DNA of 64,000 bases from Tubulanus polymorphus (taxonomy: Eukaryota; Animalia; Nemertea): contig NC_134026.1 in the NCBI RefSeq assembly GCF_964204645.1, forward strand, positions 12,547,950 through 12,611,949, written 5' to 3'. Positions 25,098 to 36,453 of the stretch are shown piece by piece. Below the pieces are notes generated by a model. That model searched no databases. It was not told the DNA's origin and saw only the letters and a program-made list of their open reading frames with translations. A program made the position numbers and the translations under genes. The first letter of the stretch is position 1. Each line of letters starts with the position of its first letter.

Positions 25098-25144
25098 TTA
25101 TTTCAACGTTTCGACTATATCCTAATAGTCATCTTCAGGAATAA
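25098..25144 (-). ncRNA. Minimal type I hammerhead ribozyme motif (pLTR copy 1)
   Basis: Reverse complement reads TTATTC-CTGAAGA-T-GACTAT-TAGGAT-ATAGTC-GAAACGTTG-AAATAA. Confidence 0.75.
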
Positions 25145-25453
25145 TGAGATACTACAGAAATTATGAGATATATATACAATCCAGAGACAAAGAGACTAAT
25201 TCAAGTAATCAGAGATGATACAAACTAAAGGAAAATTAACGTAGAAACAGTTACACTCTAAAATAGATTAAAGGGAAGCAAACTAAGGGGTGATTATAAA
25301 CAACAATAGTGAGTATAAATATAAATGAAACTTAAAGTCAGTAGTAAAAAGAAAGACAAACTAGGGGGCACTTAAATTAAAACAAAGGTGAATACAAGTT
25401 AAGTCAGAGACGAAATTGATGAGAGAACAAATAACAAATAATCAAAGGGGAAA

Positions 25454-25951
25454 TCAAGTGTTGAGTTTAACCAGTTTACAGAGGAATTTTGATATAAGTT
25501 TATTATGGGGTGAAAAACCATTGTTAAGGTTTACAACGTTGTTCGAATTTTCAATAATTAATGCAGATTCCAAAATATGTCTTCTAGTTTTATCGCTGCA
25601 AGGGTAAACTAATTCAGCATGAGCAAAATCAAAATTGTGTGAAGTCTGAAAAACATGACTAGCAACTCCGCTTTCAGGTTTAAAGTTTTTTACATCTAAT
25701 TTATGCTCTTTTATGCGTTGATTAAGATTCCGACCTGTTTCTCCTATATATACTTTGTCGCAAACTTTACAAGGTATTTTATAAATTCCACAGTTTAGGG
25801 ATTCGGTTTTCGGTTTGTTGTTAATCAATATGTTACTAAGTTTATTATTGTATTTAAAGATGAGTTGTTTATTTAGTGACCGAAGAGAAACTTTAGAATT
25901 CTCGAGGAAAGGTACATACGGTACAATGATAGGCTGTTTATCGGTAGCCAA
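25454..25951 (-). CDS. Penelope GIY-YIG endonuclease domain (C-terminal fragment)
   Basis: GIYKIPCKVCDKVYIGETGRNLNQRIKEH...H...H...ES...N. Confidence 0.9.
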   Translation of the reverse strand: MATDKQPIIVPYVPFLENSKVSLRSLNKQLIFKYNNKLSNILINNKPKTESLNCGIYKIPCKVCDKVYIGETGRNLNQRIKEHKLDVKNFKPESGVASHVFQTSHNFDFAHAELVYPCSDKTRRHILESALIIENSNNVVNLNNGFSPHNKLISKFLCKLVKLNT

Positions 25952-26021
25952 CGTAGGAGTTCTAAGGTTGTTATTTCTACGTTAATTTTCCTTTAGTTTG
26001 TATCATCTCTGATTACTTGAA

Positions 26022-26696
26022 TTAGTCTCTTTCGAGTTCGCATATAGCCTGTAGATTCATGAATATAAAGTTATAGTCCAAACTGTTCGGAGATGATTTG
26101 CGATATTCCAATTGGGTGACAAAGTCTAAAACATGTTTATCTTGATGAGGAAGAGAAAAATTCAAACCGTAGCCGAGAAGTTGACACTGAGTAGAAGATA
26201 ACGTGGTTGAAGACAAATTTACTATGTTTTCGGTGTTGCTAAATCTAGTCCAAGGGCTGGAATCAATGAGTTTATTCAGTTGGTTGGTAAGATCCACGGA
26301 CTTTCTGTGCTGATGATATTTTCCAGAGCCTTGAACAATAGTGGAGAGCGATTTCCAGAGGAATAGGTCCGGTACGTGTGACTTCAAATAATTTTGAGAT
26401 TGACAGAATTTGTAGAACTGATAGTTACAGTCTTCCTTAGCACGATCTATAGCGAATTTGAGTTGCTTGTTAGCTTCGGGTGGAAACACAGAGCTGGAGT
26501 CGTATTTCCAAATCCAAGAAAGTGATCGCGGAACCACTTTTTCGGCATAACACTCCTGAAGGAACTTGACTTTACTTTTAGCAGTCCTGGATTTGATATA
26601 GCATTTCTCATAATTTCGGAAGCTAGCGACGAGGTACGGGAACGTGAAGAAGAAGAATTTTAATACGATATTTCGATCCGTGGGTAGCATGATCAC
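26022..26696 (-). CDS. Penelope ORF N-terminal region, truncated before RT
   Basis: FLQEC...VVPRSL and IVNLSSTTLS...LLGYGLNF are typical of PLE N-termini; starts directly after a pLTR. Confidence 0.75.
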   Translation of the reverse strand: MIMLPTDRNIVLKFFFFTFPYLVASFRNYEKCYIKSRTAKSKVKFLQECYAEKVVPRSLSWIWKYDSSSVFPPEANKQLKFAIDRAKEDCNYQFYKFCQSQNYLKSHVPDLFLWKSLSTIVQGSGKYHQHRKSVDLTNQLNKLIDSSPWTRFSNTENIVNLSSTTLSSTQCQLLGYGLNFSLPHQDKHVLDFVTQLEYRKSSPNSLDYNFIFMNLQAICELERD

Positions 26697-26789
26697 GATA
26701 GGTAGAACACAATATCCGTGTTGACGCGATGAGGAGAGAATCCCACAATGATAATAAAAAGTCCGAAAATGAAACTTCGAGATAGTAGT

Positions 26790-26836
26790 TTATTTCAACG
26801 TTTCGACTATATCCTAATAGTCATCTTCAGGAATAA
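26790..26836 (-). ncRNA. Minimal hammerhead ribozyme motif (pLTR copy 2)
   Basis: Same sequence as 25098-25144. Confidence 0.75.
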
Positions 26837-26961
26837 TGAGATACTACAGAAATTATGAGATATATATACAATCCAGAGACAAAGAGACTAATTCAAGTAA
26901 TCAGAGATGATACAAACTAAAGGAAAATTAACGTAGAAATAACAACCTTAGAACTCCTACG

Positions 26962-27459
26962 TTGGCTACCGATAAACAGCCTATCATTGTACCGTATGTA
27001 CCTTTCCTCGAGAATTCTAAAGTTTCTCTTCGGTCACTAAATAAACAACTCATCTTTAAATACAATAATAAACTTAGTAACTTATTGATTAACAACAAAC
27101 CGAAAACCGAATCCCTAAACTGTGGAATTTATAAAATACCTTGTAAAGTTTGCGACAAAGTATATATAGGAGAAACAGGTCGGAATCTTAATCAACGCAT
27201 AAAAGAGCATAAATTAGATGTAAAACACTTTAAACCTGAAAGCGGAGTTGCTAGTCATGTTTTTCAGACTTCACACAATTTTGATTTTGCTCATGCTGAA
27301 TTAGTTTACCCTTGCAGCGATAAAACTAGAAGACATATTTTGGAATCTGCATTAATTATTGAAAATTCGAACAACGTTGTAAACCTTAACAATGGTTTTT
27401 CACCCCATAATAAACTTATATCAAAATTCCTCTGTAAACTGGTTAAACTCAACACTTGA
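26962..27459 (+). CDS. Penelope GIY-YIG endonuclease domain (second, inverted copy)
   Basis: Differs from 25454-25951 at only two residues (I/L, N/H). Confidence 0.9.
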   Translation: MATDKQPIIVPYVPFLENSKVSLRSLNKQLIFKYNNKLSNLLINNKPKTESLNCGIYKIPCKVCDKVYIGETGRNLNQRIKEHKLDVKHFKPESGVASHVFQTSHNFDFAHAELVYPCSDKTRRHILESALIIENSNNVVNLNNGFSPHNKLISKFLCKLVKLNT

Positions 27460-27768
27460 TTTCCCCTTTGATTATTTGTTATTTGTTCTCTCATCAATTT
27501 CGTCTCTGACTTAACTTGTATTCACCTTTGTTTTAATTTAAGTGCCCCCTAGTTTGTCTTTCTTTTTACTACTGACTTTAAGTTTCATTTATATTTATAC
27601 TCACTATTGTTGTTTATAATCACCCCTTAGTTTGCTTCCCTTTAATCTATTTTAGCGTGTAACTGTTTCTACGTTAATTTTCCTTTAGTTTGTATCATCT
27701 CTGATTACTTGAATTAGTCTCTTTGTCTCTGGATTGTATATATATCTCATAATTTCTGTAGTATCTCA

Positions 27769-27815
27769 TTATTCCTGAAGATGACTATTAGGATATAGTC
27801 GAAACGTTGAAATAA
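27769..27815 (+). ncRNA. Minimal hammerhead ribozyme motif (pLTR copy 3)
   Basis: CTGAAGA core, stem II GACTAT/ATAGTC, GAAAC box with palindromic AACGTT stem III, stem I TTATT/AATAA. Confidence 0.75.
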
Positions 27816-28726
27816 ACTACTATCTCGAAGTTTCATTTTCGGACTTTTTATTATCATTGTGGGATTCTCTCCTCATCGCGTCAACACGGATATTGTGTTC
27901 TACCTATCGTGAGAAATGATATTGAGTTAGTTAGTAATGGTAAAAGAATTAGACATTTACAAACATATCCTAAGTTCATAGGTAACAGAATATTTGATGA
28001 AAATTTAGCTGCAGTTAAAATGAGGAGAACATCTATGAAATTTAATAAACCAATATATGTTGGAGCTACAGTTTTAGAAATATCAAAGTTATTAATGTAT
28101 GAATTCTATTATAACGTATTACAGCCTCATTTTGGAGAAAAGCATATAGAAATCTTATATTTTGATACAGATTCTTACATATTAAAGATAAAAACTAATA
28201 ACATAACAGATGATTTAAAAACATTAAAACATCATTTTGATTTTAGTTATTATCCTAAAGATCATGAATTGTTTTACAATGATAATAAAAAGGTGCCTGG
28301 TAAATTCAAAGATGAATTAGGAGGTAAAGAAATGATAGAATTTATAGGTATTAGATCTAAAATGTATAGTTATAGAACTAAAACTCATGAAGCTAAAAAG
28401 TTAAAAGGAATAACCAAAAGTGTAGTAGAAAAGAATATTCATTTCAAAGATTACATCAATTGTATATTCAATGAAGAAGTTAGAAAACATAAGATGAGAT
28501 GTTTAAGATCTGAAGATCATGAAATGTCTATTGAAGAGATAGAGAAGATAAGTCTAAACCCATTTGATGATAAAAGATATATTTTAGATGATGATATACA
28601 CACAGTTGCTAATGGTTGCAATTTAGATGAATACTTAAGATTTAAAAGAGAAGAAACAAAAGAGAATGAGATTATGAAAAGAATTCTAGCGTGTAAATCA
28701 AATTTTAATTAAAATATGTATTATAA

Positions 28727-29080
28727 ATGGTGAGTAAACAAGCACACAGTGAGAACAACAAATCATTTCTAGATAGAATAAAAGATACTTCAAATGTCAA
28801 TTCAGTAGATTATAAATTTAAGAAGTTAACAGAATTAACAATTCATAAGAAATATCTAATTACAAATGCTGATACAGTTACTAATAGATATGGTAGTAAA
28901 TTAGTTATCCACTTAGAATATGAAGGATTGAAAGGAAATACATATAAATTCAGAACATATTTACCAGATAGATTTAATAGATTATCAAGTGAAGATTTAG
29001 AAGAATTATGTTCTGGAGATTTCTATTTCATATACAAAGGTAAGAATGAAAAAGGGCACCATGAAATAGATTTCGAATAA
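28727..29080 (+). CDS. Small protein downstream of polB, possible OB-fold ssDNA-binding protein
   Basis: Intact 117 aa with pattern KKLTEL...KKYLI...T.RYG.KLVI.L...YLP.RF; function inferred. Confidence 0.45.
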   Translation: MVSKQAHSENNKSFLDRIKDTSNVNSVDYKFKKLTELTIHKKYLITNADTVTNRYGSKLVIHLEYEGLKGNTYKFRTYLPDRFNRLSSEDLEELCSGDFYFIYKGKNEKGHHEIDFE

Positions 29081-29094
29081 AATATGTAAAATAA

Positions 29095-29867
29095 ATAGAA
29101 TTAAAGTAGAATTAAAAGAATACAGTAAAAGAATACAGAATATTTGTTGATTCAAGAAGACTTACAAATTATGAATCACATAATTTACTAGTACAATTAG
29201 ATAGAGAATTTAAGAATTGTATTGATTTAAAATTAGTAAATGTAAGTTTATGTAATTCTTTTTATAATATATCGGATAAAACTTTTGAACATAGAGGGTT
29301 TATGATTTATATGAGAAATAAAGATAAATGGTTTCATCTATTTTTAAAACCAGGATTATATAATTTAGAATCATTAGCGCAGGAAATAATTAGAAGAGCT
29401 CGGTTGAAAATCGGGGGCACTTCTGTATTTGAAATTGAATTTAATAAAACTGATAGTACTAATAGAATAAGAATAAAGATATCTAATGAACAACATAATT
29501 TATGGTAAATAAACCAATGGCTAAAATGTGAGGAATTAAACCGCTTACAGTTACTGGAAACGCAGAAGGCATCTCAAATATAATACCTTTTACACACTTT
29601 TATATTTATTGCAATTTAATCGATCCTACAAAAACTTTCGAAGCAACTAAAGAAACAATTTGTAGTTCTAGTATACTAAATATTTTACCGCTAAAAATGT
29701 TAAACAATTTGGAACTCAAATAAATTATAATTTAACAGGATGTGATTTTTAAACCTTGTATTCCTCAATTTAGTAATTTTAGATTAGAAGTAAGAAATCA
29801 TAATGGATATTTAATTGATTTGAATAACTTTCCTATAATTTATGAATTAATTGTAAGATGTAGATAG
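29095..29867 (+). pseudogene. Minor capsid (penton, single jelly-roll) protein
   Basis: Across frames: VSLCNSFYNI, LKPGLYNLESL, FYIYCNLID, SILNILP, FRLEVRNHNGYLIDLNNFPIIYEL, a pattern typical of Polinton pentons. Confidence 0.7.
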
Positions 29868-29887
29868 TAATTTTTTTCACTACATAA

Positions 29888-30187
29888 ATGAATATAACTG
29901 TTGGACCGAGTATATGTTTTGGATTCGATTTTAAACATGAGGAAGAAATGAAATTTAACAGTACTGATGTAAGTACGCATATTAAAAACATTGCATTTTC
30001 TAATGAAACAACATTTGAGTATGAAAAAACAATAGATAAAGAAACTTTAAATGTAGAAAAGATTACTAATTTAATTAGAGAATCTTTAAGATTTTATGAA
30101 TTAGATGAAGATTTTATCATTGATGATATTAAAAGAATAATAACTGAAATATATGAAAATGAAACTAATAATACTATAAATGTTTAA
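29888..30187 (+). CDS. Polinton hypothetical acidic protein
   Basis: 99-aa ORF with T-tract-TAAATG start. Confidence 0.55.
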   Translation: MNITVGPSICFGFDFKHEEEMKFNSTDVSTHIKNIAFSNETTFEYEKTIDKETLNVEKITNLIRESLRFYELDEDFIIDDIKRIITEIYENETNNTINV

Positions 30188-30243
30188 ATAATTATAACTA
30201 AGATAAATAAATATTTTGAAGATAGTAATTTTTTGATAAATAA

Positions 30244-30465
30244 ATGAGTGATAATAAATGGATAATAACTGGATTATATAATGGAGCCTTACTATCAGTT
30301 GGAACTGTTGGTTATTCAATGGTATTTAAAAAAGTATTTAAAATGGGAAGTGTTAATGTTGATAGATTTGATATAAATGATATTTTAAAATTAACGTTAG
30401 CAGTAACTTTATCTAATTTAACTATTGATTATTTGGAAAAACAAAAATATATTCCTCCTATATAA
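30244..30465 (+). CDS. Polinton small hydrophobic/amphipathic protein
   Basis: 73 aa with two hydrophobic helices; TAAATG start. Confidence 0.7.
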   Translation: MSDNKWIITGLYNGALLSVGTVGYSMVFKKVFKMGSVNVDRFDINDILKLTLAVTLSNLTIDYLEKQKYIPPI

Positions 30466-30489
30466 ATGCGTAATTATTTTACTAAATAA

Positions 30490-30913
30490 ATGGCTTCTAC
30501 AATTATAACTATTATAGGATCGGCAATTGTTAACGCTTTAGCATTTACTGGTGGTGGTTATTTATTTAAGCATATTGATAAAAATGGGTTATTATCAGAA
30601 CAAAAAAAGACATAACTTAGCATTAGAGAAATACAATAAAGCAGCAGAAGAATATAGAGAAAAGAGACAAAATTACATGGATTATATTAACAAAGAATTT
30701 TATGATCAGAAGATTTCACATAGAGATTTTCAATCAGTTGATGATGCAATGAGTTTATATAACGCGGTAACCAATAAAGAAAAATTACATCTATACAAAC
30801 CTAAATTATCAGATTATTATACCCCAAGTAAAGAACAACAGAAATATGAAATAATTTGGATCTTAGGTGGAACAGTTAATGTTATATTTGTAGCATTTAA
30901 ATTTACTAATTAA
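30490..30913 (+). pseudogene. Polinton membrane protein (hydrophobic N-terminus, coiled coil, C-terminal TM); one frameshift
   Basis: MASTIITIIGSAIVNALAFTGGGYLF..., then KRHNLALEKY...IIWILGGTVNVIFVAF. Confidence 0.7.
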
Positions 30914-30939
30914 TTATATATTATTTCTTTTCTAAATAA

Positions 30940-31374
30940 ATGGATGATAAAGTTGATGGTGTTAATATTATTCCTCATGATATAAATGAAACTAAATTAA
31001 AATTATATTTGGAAAAACAAACATTAGAATTTGAAAGTGACCTAAAGATAAAAAAGAAAAAATATTTAAAAAGTAAAATTATATATTATTTTATTATAAG
31101 TGGTTCAGTTACAATTAGTTCTGTAATAACATTTCTAGCAATATTCTCACCATTAACACCTTAAGCTTTATCAATTGGCGTGCTAGGATTATCATCAAGT
31201 GTTTTAACTGGTATAAGTTCAAAATTAAATATAAAAAGTAATAAAGAAAAAATTAAAACTAATACAAAAGAAATTAATAAATTAAAAAATACACTAGATT
31301 ATATAATAAGTTTAAATGGTAATATAACAGTTGAAGACCAAGATAAATTATTAAAAGAATTAATAAATTATTAA
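30940..31374 (+). pseudogene. Polinton two-TM protein (internal stop at 31162)
   Basis: Two adjacent hydrophobic segments; its 3' end matches window positions 1-68 in copy A. Confidence 0.65.
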
Positions 31375-31390
31375 TTTTTTAATTATATAA

Positions 31391-32908
31391 ATGGGGTTTC
31401 CAAAAGCTTTCCAATATAATAAATCAATTAAATATAATATTCCTGCAATAGATTTTAATAAAAATGTTACATATAAAAATTTAGTTTTAAATTCATTAAC
31501 TAATTTAGAAATTTATGTAACTGAAACACAGTTTTTTATTTCTAAAATAGAAAATATATTTAATACATATGAAGTTACTTTTACTCGAGATGAATATCAT
31601 ATATATAAAGTAAAATCTAATATGAAATATTGGCAGAATCAATTAAATGTTGCTGTTTATTGTGCAACAACTGGTTGTGGTATAAGTTGGAATGATCATT
31701 TAAATAACTTAGATAAAAATTTGAATTATTTTTGTTTTAAAATTAATTCACACAATATTTAGATTTCACACATATTTTCAAATTAGAATAATATTAAATG
31801 AATTAGAATGTCCTTTACCCGGATCTAAATATTTTAAAGAATTGGATAATAATATTAATCTAAGTTTTATAAAATATGTAATGAATTTAATATAAATATT
31901 AATTCCGATTTTAGAGCGCATGGTAAATTGCAAGGTATTGGTAAAAAAAAAGATTAGAATATAATGATATTTATAAATTCAAACCTGTATTTGAAAGATC
32001 TGGGTATAATATAAATGATAGAGGCGCCAGACTTTTAGTAACAGAATTAAAATCTTTAGATGGTGAATATTATTATCATTTGAAATATGATTATTATATT
32101 GATATCACTTATAAAAATCAAAACAAAATATTAGCAGAATCAACTTTGAGTAATTTAGAACCATCTAGAATTAAAAGAATAAGTAATAATAGCAATGAAA
32201 TAGAAAATGTTACACAAGAAGAAAAAAATCAAAATTAAAGAGTATTTAAAGAAAGAATAAATGAATTAATTGAAACAATCAATAATAATTTAGAAACAGA
32301 AACAACTTCTGAACAGAATATAATTTCCAAAACTAGTAAACTTGAATCAAACGAAGTTCAAACTGAAAAACTTTTATCGAATGGATTACTTGATGCAACA
32401 GATCAAGAAATAGAAGCTTTAAGTATGTTTTCTGAAAAAAACAATTAGAGAAATAATAAGTATACGAAATGAAGCCAATAAAATTGCGCGCGAAAAAAAT
32501 ATGAGATATAATAAAATTAAACCTTTAGAAAATAAATTATTTGACACCAGAAAAGAATTAGAACAATTAAAATTAGATAGAGAATTTAACTATGTAACTA
32601 TGGTATTCACAACAATTGGTTTAGCTATATCAAATTCATTGAAATCTACACCAAATCCTAATAAACCGGATAAACCCCCAAATGATAATAATTCTATACA
32701 AGATAAAGTTAAGGATGGTTTAAAAACATTAGCAAAATATTTATGGGAACTATCTAAAAAATCTGCTGCAGCTTTACCCGGAGTTATTGCATCAATTGTT
32801 GGTTTTATATTGAAATCTGCTGGGAATATTCTTAACTTTGCTGCTGAACATATTATTTTATTTTTAATTACAGTTGTAAGTGCTATTATTTTTGGGTTAG
32901 TGATATGA
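31391..32908 (+). pseudogene. Internally deleted remnants of the homologues of 85-1412 and 1423-2865
   Basis: Colinear with copy A, with deletions near 31950 and 32590. Confidence 0.75.
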
Positions 32909-32942
32909 TAAAAAATAGATAATTAATTTTTTTGTTAAATAA

Positions 32943-34190
32943 ATTAGTGGGAGTTATATAAATCCTTCTAAGAATCCTAGAATATCTAATGCTATTAAAG
33001 CAGAAAGATCTCATCATATAATTACGCATAATCCTTCTAATATTAATCCTGATGAAACTTTATATGTTAGAATCCCGAGATTAACACAAAATACTATTTA
33101 TGTTCCAAATAGTATTTATTTATCAGCTGATATAAATGTAACTGGTAATAATAATAATTATGTTGTTGATAAGGTTGGAAGATATTTGATTGAAAAATTA
33201 ACTATAAAGATTGGCCCAGAAACAGTTTTCTCATTAGATGATTATTATTTATTTACGCATTACAAAGATTTATGGTTAACGAAAGAAAATAGAAATAATA
33301 TGATATTTCAAGGCATCCAATCAGAAAACCAAAATAAATTAAGATCGGGAGCTAATGACGCAATAGTTACTCGTACTGCAGATAATTTGATCAAAAAGAT
33401 TTATGGAAGCAAACATAAAATTCCATTAGATTTTGAATTGATAAATAATAATGCACCTTTATATAAATACGCAATTCAAGAAGATTTTATATTCGAAATG
33501 ACATTTGCTCCTGTTAATGAAATTGTATTATCTAGCATTGTTAAAGATATGGGTTATAAATTATCGAATATATGTTTAGAATATGACACAGTAACTGATG
33601 AAAATATTTCAAGCATAATTCAAACTCAATACAATCAAGGATTTTCATTATTATATGATTATATTGATAAATGTAAAACTGTAACTATTAATGCAAGTGA
33701 TGAAATTATTAATGAGAATATCAACTTCCCAAGAAGATCTATTAAAGGTATATTAATATTTTTTACCATTGCAACATATTCTAATGGCGCAATACAGGTC
33801 GATAATTATTATAATCCTGAAATAACAAAAGTAGAAATAACTATCGAAGGAATAGCAAATAAAATATTTTGTCAAGGAATGAGAATGATAGATCAATGGC
33901 CAGAAATTAGAAAATATTTTATGAATGAAAAAGTAAAATCATCTGAAAATTGTAATATTAATCAAATTGATTATTATACCGGTAATAAATATGCATTGTG
34001 GTTAGATTTTAGAGCAACAGAGGGTAATTCATTAGATGGTTCTGGAAAAAAATTACAGAACACTAAAGATGGGATACAATTATTCATGACAAAGAATAAA
34101 GGAATCAAAAATTTTAAAATGCACATTTATATTATATCTGACGCGCAATTAAATATTGTAAATTCTTCAATTAAATAGTGTTATGTATTA
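32943..34190 (+). pseudogene. Major capsid protein, copy B (start codon mutated to ATT)
   Basis: Near-identical to 2915-4096; the frame is largely open. Confidence 0.75.
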
Positions 34191-34224
34191 GAATTTTAAT
34201 TTTAATTAAAAAATTTATAATAAA

Positions 34225-35030
34225 TGGATGCAGGTAAAGTATATAAACATATTCCATACATTGATAAACATGAAAATAATGATGGCTTATATTATGTAAT
34301 ACCTTGTAATATAGCTTTGATATTTGATCCTATTTTCAAAAATTATAAAACTAAACTAATAGAAATCGATAATAATTAAAGTGGAGTTGCTGATAATTTA
34401 AGTAATGAAATTGATAATAATGTTTTACCTTCTACATCAAATAATGTTTTATCTTCTACATCAAATACTTTTTTACCTTCTACGCCTAATAATGAAATAA
34501 TATTAAATATTAGTGAAAATAGAAATTATTGTGGTTACTGTAAAGGTGAATTTTCAAACAGTCCATCAAATTGGAATAATCATATGAATACAGCTAAACA
34601 TATTACTAATGTAATAGAGCCTGTTGGTATAAGAGATTTTATAGAACACCCATTTAGATATGTAACAAAGTTTGTTTCAAATAAAAAAGTAAATGGTAAA
34701 GATTTATATAAAGATTCATTAGGTGAATTTTTATCTAGGGAACCTGTTAATGATAAATTAGATTTATCTGCTGCTAAAAAAAATAATAGGATCAAACATT
34801 GTAAGTGAAATGTTGGGGTCAAACACTAAGAAAGATGACAATGAAAATATAGTTACAGGTAAATATATTGATTTAATGATGAAGGTATTAAGAAATCGAA
34901 AATAGAAGATATATTTACAAGTCGTGATAATGCTCAAGTTTTATCAAAAAACGATTTTAATTTGGCTATTGTGAAAATGAGTCGGTAGATATGTTGAATA
35001 AATTGTTAGGGTATGATGATGAAAGTGATT
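34225..35030 (+). pseudogene. Zn-finger-containing hypothetical protein
   Basis: TAAATG start; YCGYCKGEF...WNNHMNTAKH C2H2-like motif; internal stops. Confidence 0.5.
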
Positions 35031-35265
35031 AAGATAGTAATGATAATTATCTAACACGCACATAATATATTAGTTGAAAATTGTATAAAATAATAGTTAA
35101 TAAAACAAGAAAATTAACTTTAATAAATTATTTGACGCCTGCGAAAAAATGTAGAATTTCTGGTATAAGCTAATTATGAGATTATTAAGGGGAATTATGA
35201 GATTTGGCGATTGGGTAGATGATACAGTCTTCGACTAGTCTAATTTAAAAAAAAATTGTCAACTT

Positions 35266-35605
35266 GTGCCCACTTTTGCCTCTAAGCTGGTCTGCAACTT
35301 CATTGCCTCCATGGTTGAAGAAAGGGCTCTTCTGATGTCTGCTTCATCATGACTTTGAGCATATCGTGTAGCCAGCCAGCCCGGTCCTGGGGCCCGGTCT
35401 GGCTGTCACTTGATATCCTAGACTTGAGTCTGGGTTGAAGTAGACATTGTCATTTAAATAACTTATTCATGTTATTCTGTATGAATTACCCGTGTGTCTT
35501 GTATTTTCTTTTTTAAAAATTTGTAAATTTATTGATTTTTGGAATTTTATCCCGGAATTTCAATGTAATAAAGATCAGTATTAATGAGGATAAAGTATTG
35601 AATTG
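35266..35605 (+). mobile_element. 5'-truncated LINE 3' end with TSD
   Basis: TSD AATTGTCAACTT at 35254-35265 and 35606-35617; ORF end, GC-rich stem-loop, AATAAA and an (ATTGA)n tail. Confidence 0.65.
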
Positions 35606-36453
35606 AATTGTCAACTTATACACATGCCATCAGTGGACGCGGAGCCGTATATGACAGCTATGCTATTATAAATTGCTAATCTCATGAAACCTGCATACGT
35701 CTAATATCGAACATATTTTCTAAAACATTTGAATATTGAAATTATATGTTTACACGTTTTTATATAGACCGCTTGTAGCCGCCGATGAAATTCACGCCGG
35801 CCCAACTCAGATCGTAGAGTCACTAGTAGAAAGATCGCAGATCGTCACTATCGCAGATCGTCACTAGCATCCCCATGTCAGGGTCTGACTTTTATATCAG
35901 ACTTCCAAATCGTGTATACATCCGCCATTTAACCGAATAATCCGATTTACTTATCATTTCTATTTATCCCTGCCGCTCTTGATATAATCATACATCCTTT
36001 ACTATTACAATACGTCTTCTCATGATATTCAATGCGATATAACATTTCGACGTTCAAATAGAGGTCATTATATAATCCCAGGGAGCCATTCTACATCTTT
36101 ATCAATAATATTTTGCCAAATAGCTTGTATGTGTACACATAAACCTGTGACGTTTTGCACATCGATTTACGGTTGTCGTTTGTAAAATGACGCTGAATGG
36201 TTATCATTGTTTAGGTTTCATAATGGTAACGTTTTATAAGGCGTCAAAAAAGGGGTTTTAAGTTTTTATGTATCTAATACGTATCTAATACATATTTAAG
36301 TATTTATGTATCTAATATGTATTAATCTAAATAACCTTTATTAGTTAGTCAAACTTAGTTGAAAAATTAAAATAGATAATATTTATTTAAAAAAAGGGGT
36401 TTTAAGTATTAAGGTATCTAATACGTATCTAATACATTAATACTTAAAATACC

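Larger units (their letters stand above)
25042..27911. mobile_element. Penelope-like retroelement insertion, inverted (palindromic) and lacking RT
   Basis: Two GIY-YIG ORFs in opposite orientation, a PLE N-terminal ORF and three pLTR copies; TSD AGAAATGATATTGAG at 25027-25041 and 27912-27926. Confidence 0.92.
22539..28712 (+). pseudogene. polB: Protein-primed-type family B DNA polymerase with N-terminal C2H2 fingers and an EndoVII/HNH-like insert; interrupted by a Penelope element
   Basis: ExoI YGDFES, ExoII FHNLSGYD, IDAN, KLMNNAFYGK, YFDTDS, PGKFKDE, KMYSY, KLKGI, FDDKR; insert CYYC...RDHDHLNGKFRGAAHENCN. Confidence 0.95.
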
